Position numbers and translations under genes: made by a program
Assembly (NCBI GenBank): GCA_026770705.1
Contig: JANJGN010000010.1
Span: 154,814,001-154,878,000, forward strand
Reading direction: 5' to 3'
Origin: Isurus oxyrinchus
Lineage: Eukaryota
Length of the DNA stretch: 64,000 nt
In this document: positions 1 to 11,296 of the stretch, piece by piece
Position numbering within the stretch: position 1 is the stretch's first letter
Layout of the letters: the number at the start of each line of letters is the position of its first letter
Notes under the pieces: generated by a model
Databases searched by the model: none
Told to the model about the DNA's origin: nothing
What the model saw: the letters and a program-made list of their open reading frames with translations, nothing else

Positions 1-1056
1 AGGTGATATCTGCATTTCAGGATATATGATTTATAATGATTTAGTCTTCATAAATAACCGACGAGCCTCAAATGATATTCAGCTATGTGACCCACAAAGT
101 CAAAAGCTCAGAGACCCGTGATTCAAAGCATTGAGCTAACCCCAAGCAAAATCACAGGGCCAGCAGAGGAGGAAGGTTTCAAGTTACTGACTCTTTGGCC
201 TTGTATCTTTTTTCTCAAATTCCCCTATCTTAAACTTCTAAAGCATCCAAAGACGGTTATTTATACTTTGACCTCAGGACAGAAAGCCTAAAAAGGACTT
301 TTAGGAAAAATAATGCCGCTACAAAGAACTCAGCGGACAGACAAGAGTAACATCAGAAAATTGAAGAAAAGAAGCCTCATGACCAGAGATAGAACCTGAA
401 AGTGGCACAAATTCAATGTTACAAGTTGGCAAACTGCTTTGTTATTTCAGCTCGCTAAAGTCAGTAGACAGCTCACCCCAGGCTAGTTAAGCAGTGGAAT
501 TTTCCAGTCCTAGTTCAAGTACATGCAGCTTTCTCACATTACTGACATTCAATTTGCTGACTTCCTCCTGTCACTCGCTGCAAACCCTGTTGAGGTTGGG
601 AGGGGGATGGATTACTGGTTGGAAATTTTGCTCAAGATTATATCAGAAACAGCAAAAACAATATGCGGGTCCTGAGACTGCTTTTAAAGGACTGGCGCAT
701 GTAGTTTTGTTGCACTTCGTCTACCAGATATACACCTGTATTTAATATGTGGCTAACGGCATATTAAGTGCTAATAAAATCTGGGAATATCACAACTCAT
801 TACGATTCTAAAGTGCAGATAGGCATCCGGGTGTGCGTTCCTGGGAAAGCCTCTCTTCACTCGAGTATAAACACAATGCAAGTATTTTCTGAACTCAGCA
901 CTGAGGTAGTTTAAAGTGACCACATCACATAATATTACATTTCAAAATATAACTGCTTCCTTGATTGTGCTCATCGTAGTGAGGAATGACAATGCTGTTG
1001 AAAATTTTTTTAAAAATCCTGCTTTGAGTAATAACATGCAGTATTAGAAGGTTTCT

Positions 1057-1580
1057 ATGCTCTATAAACTTCAGGTCATCCAAAATGCTGCTGCCAGTAT
1101 CTTAACTCACACCAAGTCCAGTTCACCTATCACTCCTGTGCTGGCTGACCTACATTGGGTCCTGACCAAGCAATGTCTTGATAATATAACTCTCATCCTT
1201 GTTTTCAAATTCCTGCTTGGCCTCCACTCTTTATATCTCTAGAGTCTCCTCCAGCCCCATAACTCCATTAAATACCTGCGCTCATCTGATTCTGGCCTCT
1301 TGTGCATCCCCAATGTTAAATGCTTCACTACTGGTGGTTGTGCCTTCAGCTGCCTGGGCCCTAAGCTCTGGAATATTTTCTCTACACCTCTCCTCCTCAC
1401 TTTCCTCCATTAGGACACTCCTTAAAAGCTACCTTGTTGACTGAGCCTTTGCCAGCTGCCCTGATTTCTCCCTATGTGGCTCAGTGTCATATTTTGTTCT
1501 ATAATGCTCCTGTGAGGCGCCTTGGGAGGTTTTATTATATTAAAAGGTGATATAGTAATAAAAGTTGTTTTTGTTGTTGT
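1057..1580 (+). mobile_element. L2-type LINE 3' fragment
   Basis: LQVIQNAAASILT...SPITPVLADLHW is the typical L2 ORF2 C-terminus; it ends in a (ttg)-rich tail. Related copies at ~51945-52410 (+) and ~62455-62930 (-). Confidence 0.75.
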
Positions 1581-1809
1581 TTTGCCACTTCTCTCATGCT
1601 GCTCCAAGACAACAAGCCAGGAGAGCCTTGCTAAATACTTGCTCATCTCAAGGCAAACCACCTGCTTCAAGTGTATCTCAGGAAATTAAGGGCGCTTCAC
1701 CCTTATTTTCTAATATGCACTCAAGACTGCCAAGGACTTAGAAAATTTGCTATTCATGGTCAAAGTTGCTGCCCAATCCCTAGGATCCCAAAAGGCTAGA
1801 TTTTCCTCT

Positions 1810-2340
1810 GTTTTTATTCATTTACGGGATGTGGGTGTCGCTGGTTAGGCCCATCCCCAATGGCCTTTGAGAAGATGGTGGTGAGCTGCCTTCTTGAATT
1901 GCTGCAGTCCATGTGGTGTAGGTACACTCACACTGCTGTTAGGGAGGGAGTTCCAAGATTTTGACCCAGCGACAGTGAAGGAATGGTGATATATTTCCAA
2001 GTCAGGATGGTGAGTGGCTTGGAGGGGAACTTTCAGGTGGTGGTGTTCCCATGTGTCTGCTGCCCTGATGATTCTAGATGGTTGTGGTCATGGGTTTGGA
2101 AGCTGCTGCCTAAGGAGCCTTGGTGAGTTTCTGTAGTGTATCTTGTAGAGGGTGCACACTGCTGCCACTATGCATCAGTAGTGTAGGGAGTGAATGTTTG
2201 TGACTGGGTGCCAATCAAGCAGGCTGCTTTGTCCTGGATGGTGTCAATCTTCTTGAGTGTTATTGGAGCTGCACTCATCCAGGGAAGTGGAGTGTGTTCC
2301 ATCACACTCCTGACTTGTGCCTTGTAGATGGTGGGCAGGC
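1810..2340 (-). mobile_element. L2/CR1-group LINE 3' fragment (family also at 8072-9227)
   Basis: Reverse complement matches the 3' end of 8072-9227 (…cacatcccRtRaatgaataaaaa). Confidence 0.8.
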
Positions 2341-2534
2341 TATTCACAACACGGCTGTTAAACCAAGAAAGTAGGGCTCTAATGCTAAGTAATAGCCTGG
2401 ATATACCTTATCTACACAATACACTTCAATGCTACCTTCCCCTTAACCGCCTTCTTTCTAATCTTTCCTTTTACACTCAGGAGCAGTCAGTCACTATTTC
2501 TTTTCTAACTGCAGCTCAATGCAATTGAAAGAAA

Positions 2535-2690
2535 AGACTTGCATTTATATAGAGCCTTTCATATTCTCAGGACGTCCCAAAGTGCATTACAGCCGCGTTG
2601 TACTTTTTGAAATGTTGCAATTTAGGAAACGTGGCAGCCAGATTGTACACAGCAAGGTCCTACAAACAGCAATGCAACAATGACCATTTA
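2535..2690 (-). mobile_element. Deu-domain SINE 3' fragment
   Basis: Reverse complement of the 3' half of the copy at 55985-56360 (…ctttgggacgtcctgag…gaaaggctctatataaatgcaagtc). Confidence 0.7.
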
Positions 2691-3233
2691 TTAATAATAA
2701 TAATTTCTCATCCGGTCTTTCAGGTTATGTGTAAAAGATAAGCATTTTCTGAAGACCAGCCCTGTTACAATTGAGGATGGGCTTGACCAGTCTCACTTTG
2801 CTTTTTGCTTCCTGCTTGTATCAACTAGGTCATTTATTTACAGGCCACACGCATAGTGGCTGCATAGAACTGCGTGCAAACCACCTGTTATTTCAGCTAT
2901 GCCATTCACTCTGCTGCATGAGTCTCAACGTATCCAGTGAATGCATGGCGCACAGTATTCGTGCAATCAGAAATAAGGGAATTTAGAGAAAATGCAGATG
3001 GAATTCAAATCTTAAACTCTTTTACAGTACTCCTGCGTGTCAGACTGCTGAAACTTCAATTTCAAAGCTCCTGTGATGAACTAGTAGATAAAGCCCTCAC
3101 CAGGGGGCTCATATTAAACCATATGCATCCTGGTTTGTGTGCAAAGCTAAGTATGTCAGCTGGACCAACAGCTGAATTTTGATGCAATGATACTAGGATG
3201 GGGAGGGGAAAAATCAACTTGGATTTCCATTTT

Positions 3234-5124
3234 CATTAGTCGTCTCAATTTCTCTGCTCCTCTCACCCATTCTAACCTCTCTCTCTCTCTGAACTTACTG
3301 CACTCCGTTCTCTCAGGTCCAACTCTGACATTGTCATCAAACCCGCTGACAACGGTGGTGCTGTTGTTGTCTGGCGCACTGACCTCTACCTCGTGGAGGC
3401 TGAGCGCCAACTCGCAGACACTTCCTCCTACCTCTCCCTGGACCATGACCCTAACATTGAACATCAAGCCATTGCTTCCAGGACTGTCACTGACCTCATC
3501 TCCTCTGGAGATCTTCCTCCCACAGCTTCCAACCTGATAGTCGCCCAACCTTGGACGGCCCGCTTCTACCTCCTACCCAAAATCCACAAACAGGACTGTC
3601 CCGGCAGTCCGATCGTGTCAGCCTGTTCCTGCCCCACGGAACTCATTTCTCATTATCTTGATTCCCTTCTCTTTCCCTTTGTCCAGTCCCTTCCCACCTA
3701 CATCCGTGATTCCTCTGACACCTTACGTCACATCAACAATTTCCAGTTCCCTGGCCCCAACTGCCTCCTCTTCACCATGGACATCCAATACCTCTACACC
3801 TCCATCCCCCACCAGGATGGTCTGAGGGCCCTTAGCTTCTTCCTCAAACAGAGGCCCGAACAACCCCCATCCACCACTACTCTCCTCCGTCTGGCTGAAC
3901 TTGTTCTCACAATCAACAATTTGCCTTAAACTCCTCTCACTTCTTCCAAATAAAAGGTGTGGCTATGGGTACCCACATGGGCCCCAGCTATGCCTGTCTC
4001 TTTATGGGATATGTGGAACATTCCTTGTTCCAGTCCTACTCCGGCCCCCTCCCACAACTCTTTCTCTGGTACATCGATGATTACTTCGGTGTTGCTTCAT
4101 GCTCTTGTTGGGACCTGGAAAAATTTATTATTTTGGTTCCAATCTCCACCCCTCCATCATTTTCACATGGTCCATCTCTGACACTTTCCTTCCCTTCCTT
4201 GATCACTCTGTCTCAATTTCTGGTGATGGACTGTCCACCAATATCCATTACAAGCCTACCGACTCCCACAGCGACCTCAACTACAGCTCCTCACACCCCG
4301 CTTCCTGCAAGGACTCCATCCCATTCTCTAAGTTCCTTCACCTCCGTCGCATCTGTTCTGATGATGCTACCTTCAAAAACAGTTCCTCTGACATGTCCTC
4401 CTTCTTCCTTAACCAAGATTTTCCACACATGTCATTGACAGGGCCCTCAACGTGTCCGGCTCATCTCCCGTGCATCTGCCCTCACGCCTTCTCCTTCCTC
4501 CCAGAAGCATGATAGGGTCCACCTTGTCCTCACTTATCACCCCACCAGCCTCCGCATTCAAAGGATCATCCTCCGCCATTTCCGCCAACTCCAGCATGAT
4601 GAAACCACCAAACACATCTTCCCTTCACCCGCTCTGGCGGCATTCCATAGGGATCGTTCCCTCCAGAACACCTTGGTCCACTCCTCCATCACCCCCTACT
4701 CCTCAACCATGACCTACGGCACCTCCCGATGCCCACGCAAAAGATGCAACACTTGCCCCTTCATTTCCTCTCTCATCACCGTCCAAGGGTCCAAACACTC
4801 CTTTCAAGTGAAGCAGTATTTCACTTGCATTTCCCCCAACTTAGTCTACTGCATTCATTGCTCTCAATGCGGTCTCCTCTACATTGGAGAGACCAAATGC
4901 AGACTGGGCGACCGCTTTGCAGAACATCTTCGGTCTATCCGCAAGCATTACCCAGACGTCCCTGTCGCTTGCCATTTTAACACTCCACCCTGCTCTCTTG
5001 CCTACATGTCCGTCCTTGGCTTGCTGCATTGTTCCAGTGAAGCTCAACGCAAACTGGAGGAACAGCACCTCATCTTCTGACTAGGTACTTTACAGTCTTC
5101 CGGACTGAATATTGAATTCAACAA
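3234..5124 (+). mobile_element. Penelope-like element copy A1: 5'-truncated, frameshifted RT + GIY-YIG endonuclease
   Basis: ORFs 3393-3929, 3959-4438, 4099-4512 and 4673-5080 give PLE motifs: FYLLPKIHK, DIQYLYTSIPH, GVAMGT-MGPSYA, YIDD, YKPTDSH, CxxC, and NLVYCIHC…YIGETK…RFAEH. Confidence 0.93.
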
Positions 5125-5621
5125 AAACAGAATTACCTGGAAAAACTCAGCAGGTCTGGCAGCATTGGCGGAGAAGAACAAAGTTGATGCTTCGAGTCCT
5201 CATGACCCTTCAACAGAACTGAGTAAAATTAGGAGAGGGGTAAAATATAAGCTGGTTTAAGGTGGAGGTGGGGTGAGAGAAGTGGTGGGGGGGGGTTGTA
5301 GGGACAAGCAAGCAGTGATAGGAGCAGATAATCAAAAGATGTCACAGACAAAAGAACAATGAGGTGTTGAAGGTGGTGATATTATCTAAGAGAATGTGCT
5401 AATTAAGAATGGATGGCAGGACACACAAGGTACAGCTCTAGTGGGGGTGGGGTGAAATGAGTAACAGGGCATAAGAGGTATAGATTTAAAAATAATGGAA
5501 ATAGGTGGGAAAAGAAAAATCTATATAAATTTTTGGAAAAAACAAAAGGGAGGGGGAAGGAACGGAAAGGGTGTGGGGATGGAGGAGGGAGTTCAAGATC
5601 TAAAGTTGTTGAATTCAATAT
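5123..5621 (-). repeat. Inverted Penelope 3' terminal segment (pseudo-LTR)
   Basis: Reverse complement of ~7433-7938, including the hammerhead-like motif. Confidence 0.92.
5182..5220 (-). ncRNA. Hammerhead-like motif, degenerate (GAAG/CATC)
   Basis: Reverse complement is AGTTCTGTTGAAGGGTCATGAGGACTCGAAGCATCAACT. Confidence 0.5.
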
Positions 5622-7952
5622 ATCGTTGCATTCTGAGATCCACACTCAGTGCCATGTGCCGCCATATGTACACACTCGACCTCTCCCTCCAGCATCACCA
5701 CCGCACCCTTTTTCAAAGCTGCGCGTGCCCCCAGTTTTATTTTATTCTTCGTCTCATCCGACGCCTCAACAAGAAACTTTTTCTCTTTCTCTCAAGTGCT
5801 AAGGAACACAAGCTCCAACAACTCATCGACACCAACATCAATCTAGGACCCTCCACCCCTGCCTGTCCCTCCGTCCCCACCCCATCTTCCAATCCCAGCC
5901 CCAGCCGTGTATTCACTATACCCCCTGACTTTCCCCTCTCCGATGCTGAACGTTCAGTGCTCAGCAAAGGACTTAGTTTCATACCCTTACGCCCTCATCT
6001 CAATGAATTTCAGGCTCGGCACGATGCTGAACTCTTCTTCCGCCATCTTCGTCTCCGGGCTCACTTCTTTGGGCTGGAGTCCTCTCCCCGTTCAACGGAT
6101 CCTTTTACCCATCTCCAATATTCTCCCTCCACCTGGACCCCTCCCTCTGGATTCTTACCTTCTCTTGATCTTTTCATTGAGAACTGTCGGTGTGACATTA
6201 GTCGTCTCAATTTCTCTGCTCCTCTCACTCATTCTAACCTGTCTCTCTCTGAACTTACTGCACTCCGTTCTCATAGGTGTGGCTATGGGTACCCGCATGG
6301 GCCCCAGCTATGCCTGTCTCTTTATGGGGTATGTGGAACATTCCTTGATCCAGTCCTACTCCGGCCCCCTTCCACAACTCTTTCTCCAGTACATCGATGA
6401 TTACTTCGGTGCTGCTTCATGCTCTCGTCTGGAACTGGAAAAATTTATTAATTTTGCTTCCAATCTCCACCCCTCCATCATTTTCACGTGGTCCATCTCT
6501 GACACTTTCCTTCCCTTCCTTGACCTCTCTGTCTCAATTTCTGGTGATAGACTGTCCACCAACATCCATTACAAGCCTACCGACTCCCACAGCTACCTCG
6601 ACTACAGCTCCTCACACCCCGCTTCCTGTAAGGATTCCATCCCATTCTCTCAGTTCCTTTGCCTCCGTCGCATCTGTTCTGATGATGCTACCTTCAAAAA
6701 CAGGTCCTCTGACATGTCCTCCTTCTTCCTTAACCGAGGTTTTCCACCCACAGTCGTTGACAGGGCCCTCAACCGTGTCCGGCCCATCTCCCGTGCATCC
6801 GCCCTCACGCCTTCTCCTCCCTCCCAGAAACACGATAGGGTCCTCCTTGTCCTCACTTATCACCCCACCAGCCTCAACATTCAAAGGATCATCCTCCGCC
6901 ATTTCCGCCAACTCCAGCATGATGCCACCACCAAACATATCTTCCCTTCACCTCCCCCCGGCGGCATTCCATAGGGATTGTTCCCTCCGGGAGACCTTGG
7001 TCCACTCCTCCATCACCCCCTCCTCCTCAACCCCCACCCACGGTACCTCCCGATGCAAACGCAAAAGATGCAACACCTGCCCCTTCACTTCCTCTGTCCT
7101 CACCGTCCAAGGGCCCAAACACTCCTCTCAAGTGAAGCAGCATTTCACTTGCATTTCCCCCAACTTTGTCTACTGCATTCGTTGTTCCCAATGCGGTCTC
7201 CTCTACACTGGAGAGACCAAATGCAAACTGGGCAACCACTTTGCAGAACACTTGCGGTCTGTCCATAAGAATGACCCAAACCTCCCTGTCGCTTGCCATT
7301 TTAACACTCCACCCTGCTCTCTTGCCCACATGTCTGTCCTTGGCTTGCTGCCTTGTTCCAGTGAAGCCCAACGCAAACTGGAGGAACAACACCTCATCTT
7401 CCGACTAGGCACTTTACAGCCTTCCGGACTGAATATTGAATTCAACAACTTTAGATCTTGAACTCCCTCCTCCATCCCCACCCCCTTTCCGTTTCTTCCC
7501 CCTTCCTTTTGTTTTTTCCAATAATTTATATAGATTTTTCTTTTCCCACCTATTTCCATTATTTTTAAATCCATACCTCTTATGCCCTGTTAGTCTCACT
7601 TCACCCCACCCCCACTAGAGCTGTACCTTGTGTGCCCTGCTATCCATTCTTAATTAGCACATTATGTTAGATATCACCACCTTCAACACCTCTTTATTCT
7701 TTTGTCTGTGACATCTTTTGATTATCTGCTCCTATCACTGCTTGCTTGTCCCTACAACCACACCCCCCCCCCCCAACTTCTCTTCTCTCCCCCCACCACC
7801 TTAAACCAGCTTATATTTTACCCCTCCCCTAAGTTTACTCAGTTCTGTTGAAGGGTCATGAGGACTCGAAACGTCAACTTTTTACTTCTCCGCTGATGCT
7901 TCCAGACCTGCTGAGTTTTTCCAGGTAATTCTGTTTTTGTTTTGGATTTCCA
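5622..7952 (+). mobile_element. Penelope-like element copy A2: N-terminal region, internal deletion, RT C-half, GIY-YIG and 3' UTR
   Basis: LSDAERSVLSKGLSFIP…LRLRAHF (PLE N-terminus), then GVAMGTRMGPSYA…YIDD…FLD, then VYCIRC…YTGETK…GLN, with stop at 7461 followed by a ~490 nt 3' UTR. Confidence 0.93.
7841..7879 (+). ncRNA. Minimal type I hammerhead ribozyme-like motif in the Penelope 3' end
   Basis: AGTT-CTGTTGA-A-GGGTC-ATGAG-GACTC-GAAA-CGTC-AACT: stem I AGUU/AACU, stem II GGGUC/GACUC, GAAA, palindromic ACGU helix III, GUC cleavage triplet. The core has A6 replaced by U. Confidence 0.7.
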
Positions 7953-8071
7953 CTTGCCTGCTACCCAATGAATCTTACTAGAAAGGGAGTATAAGCATCA
8001 GATGATGACAGAACGGTGCTCAACTGGAATGCCCTCTTATAGCTGAACAGCTTGGCACCACTGACTGTATA

Positions 8072-9227
8072 AAGAGTGACTGCCCTTGACATCAAAGCAG
8101 CTTTTGACTGAGCGTGGCACCAAGGTGCCCTATCAAAACTGGAGTCAATGGGAATCGGGGGAAAGCTCTCCACTGGTTGGAGTCATACCTAGCACAAAGG
8201 AAGATGGTTGTGGCTGTTGGAGGTCTGTCATCTCAGCTCCAGGACATCATTGCAGGAGTTCCTCAGGGTAGTGTTCTCGGCCCAACCATCTTCAGCTGCT
8301 TCAATCACCTTCCTTCCATCAGAAGGTCAAAAGTGGAGATGTTCACTAATGATTGCGCAATGTTCAGCACCATTCGTGACTCCTCAGATATTGAAGCAAT
8401 CCATATCCAAATGCACGAACACCTGGACAATATCAGGCTTGGGCTGACAAGTGGCAAGTAACATTCATACCACACAAGTACTGGGCAATGACCATTTCCA
8501 ATACCTAACCCTTGCACCTTGACATTCAATGGCATTACCATTGCTAAATCCCCCCACTATCAACATCCTGGGGGTTACCATTGACCAGAAACTGAACTGG
8601 AATAGCCATATAAATACTGTGGCTACAAGAGAAGGTCAGATACTAGGAATCCTGCGGTGAGTAACTCACCTCCTACCTCCCCAAAGCCTGTCCACCAACT
8701 ACAAGGCACGAGTCAATGTGATGGAATACTCTCCACTTGCCTGGATGAATGCAGCTCCAACAATACTCAGAAGCTTCACACCATCCAGGACAAAGAAGTC
8801 GCTTGACTGGCACCCCATTCACAAACATTCACTCCCTCCACCACCGACGCACAGTGGCAGCAGTGTGCACCATATACAAAATGCAATGCAGGAACACACC
8901 AAGACTCCTTAGGCAGCACCTTCCAAACCTACAGCCACTAGCATCTAGAAGGACAAGGGCAGCAGACATATGGGAATACCAATACCTGAAAGTTCCCCTC
9001 CAAGCTACACACCACCCTGACTTGAAAATATATCACTGTTCCTTCATAGTTGCTGGGTCAAAATCCTGGAACTCCCTCCCTAACAGCATTGTGAGTGTAT
9101 GTACACCACAGGGACTACAGCGGTTCAAGGCGGCAACTCACCACCACCTTCTCAAGGGGCAATTAGGGATAAGCAATAAATTCTGGCCTATCCAGCGACA
9201 CGCACATCCCATGAATGAATAAAAAAA
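8072..9227 (+). mobile_element. L2/CR1-group LINE, 5'-truncated RT pseudogene
   Basis: ALDIKAAFD…WLESYLAQRKMVV…GVPQGSVLGPTIF…MFTNDC; 3' end atgaatgaataaaaaaa. Short 3' copy at ~9820-9985. Confidence 0.88.
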
Positions 9228-9229
9228 CC

Positions 9230-9790
9230 TCTGGTTAGACCACAGCTACAGTAGTGTACCCAGTTCTGATCACATTGCAGTAAGGATCCACATTACAGGA
9301 AGGATGTGATCGCATGAGAGAGGGTATGGGAGGAGATTTATGAGGATGTTGCCAGGACTGGAGAATTTTAAGATTGGATAAGCTAGGGTTGTTTTCTTTG
9401 GAACAAGGGAGGATGAAGGAAGATTTAATTGAAGTGTATAGAAACGAGGGACCTAGATAAAGTGGATAGGAAGAACTTATTTCTCTTAACAGAGAGATCA
9501 GTAACCAGAAAGCATAGATTTAAAGTAATTGGCAGCGGATTAGTTGGGAGTTTAGGAGGATTCTTTTCACCCAGAAGGTGGTCAGGGTCTGGAACTCTGC
9601 CTGAAAACTGATAGAGGCAAAAGCCCTCATCACATTTAAAAATTACTCGGAAATGCACTTGAAGTGCCGTATCCTTCAAGACAACTGAACAAGAACTGGA
9701 AAATGGGGTCAAGGCTGGATAACCCTTTTTCAGACACAATGTGTCAAATGGCTTCTTTTTGCTCTGGAAATTTTCTATATTTCAATGACA
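9230..9790 (+). mobile_element. CR1 LINE 3' fragment
   Basis: Degenerate LVRPQL-Y…FW, LFSLE, DKVDRKNLF…TRKHRFKV, followed by a CR1-type 3' UTR. Confidence 0.8.
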
Positions 9791-11296
9791 GTCCAAGCGC
9801 AAACATAAAAAATGGTCAAAATCTTGGAATTCCCTCACTAACAGCACAGTGGGTGTACCTATACCACAGGGACTGCAGCAGGTCAAGAAGGCAGCTCACC
9901 ACCACCTTCTCAAAGGCAATTTGGGATGGGCAATAAATGTTGGCCTAGCCAGCACTGCCTATATCCCATGAATGAATTTTTAAAAATTTGGGTGAGATGT
10001 CAGAGCATCACCGGAGTCAGTGGCAGATCACCCCAACGACATCAGGATTGAATCCACATCTTTAGCAGAAAAGCCTGGATTTTTTGTTTTAAAATCAAAA
10101 AAATTAATCGTGGAAAAAATATAATTAACACCACACCCAATCTCCATTTTGTGGAACACTTTATCAGAAGCACCCCTTCAGGCTTGCATCCCTTTACCAC
10201 TCCCTCCCAAATGCAGTCACACCCAATTCAATGACTGTAAGCTATTTGCTGAAAGCTAAGAACGCCCTTCCGGCCGAGCCACAGTCAAAACTAAGTGAAA
10301 TTATATATTGTGTCATAATGGAATTGCAATGTTATGACAGCACAGAGCTGCAGAATAGATAATTATTTGGCTAAGGGGCAATAAGGACACTCAGAGCGTC
10401 ATTGAAGGTTTAACGTAGCATTTGTTGTATTTTTAAATGAAAATGGAATAAAAGATCTAGACTATCTATCTGCCTTCTGAAATGTTATAACATACAAATT
10501 AACACTTATCTTTGCTACAGCTGTAATGAAAACATTCCACCAGTTATCTTGGTTATGTGATGGAAATTCAACCACATACGCAGAAAAATTAAAGCTAAGT
10601 TACTTCAAAATTATCCAACATCAAACAACGCAATGTTCACCATTTTGCCTCCATGTTGTTGATACCAAGCCCCTTTCCTCCTATTCAATGAGGAGTCTAT
10701 CCATTTCTTTCTTGAATGCTTCAACTAAGTCTGCATTCAATGTCCCCAGATGCTTGCCAGTTTCTAACTTTGTGTGCATGCAGTGTCAGGAGGAAATTTG
10801 TTTCAGGTAGTAGTTTTAAATGTCACTTGAGGAGCCAAATTGGATTTAGGAAACAAAAGTATCGTCAATTGGAATGACTGGGATGGGGGTGTTTGCTATT
10901 AAAACACTGAAGCTGATTTTACTTCTGCGTTTCTGGGGTTCCATTTTAGGAGAGTCACTTCCAAGCAGTTATCATTCTCCTTTTACACTGGCCTCTGTGA
11001 ACGCATTGGTGTCCTTTGTGTAATGTTGAGACTCAGAGGGCAAATGCATGAGACCCAGTACTGATACGTTCACATTACTGAAACCAGCGGCCTTGGACTG
11101 AAAACACATTTGTTTATGATGTCGCCAGTTCACTGAATTTCAGCCAAACAACTTAAGGTAATTGGCAAAAGAGCTAGAAATTAAATGAGGATTTTTTTTA
11201 ATGCAGCAAATTATGACAGTTTGGAATGCACTGCCTGAAAGGGAGGCGGAAGCACTTTCAGTAGTAACTTTCAGAAGGAACTTGGGTAAATACTTT

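Larger units (their letters stand above)
3120..8069 (+). mobile_element. Ancient tRNA-derived SINE (AmnSINE2/UCON3-like), split by the Penelope composite (pieces ~3120-3229 and 7953-8069)
   Basis: The left piece (…gggaggggaaaaatca…) and right piece (gctacccaatga…gaaag…gacagaa…gctcaactg…) join colinearly and resemble the copy at 56500-56850 and the AmnSINE2 consensus as recalled. Confidence 0.5.

Noticed and set aside
5495-6400. 301-aa ORF as a novel protein
   Set aside because: It is a chimera of antisense 3' UTR, the Penelope N-terminus and an out-of-frame tail across rearrangement junctions.
6397-7461. Long Ser/Pro/Thr-rich ORFs (also 3959-4438, 41532-42182) as mucin-like genes
   Set aside because: These are alternative frames of C-rich Penelope coding sequence; only the C-terminal GIY-YIG part of 6397-7461 is in the true frame.
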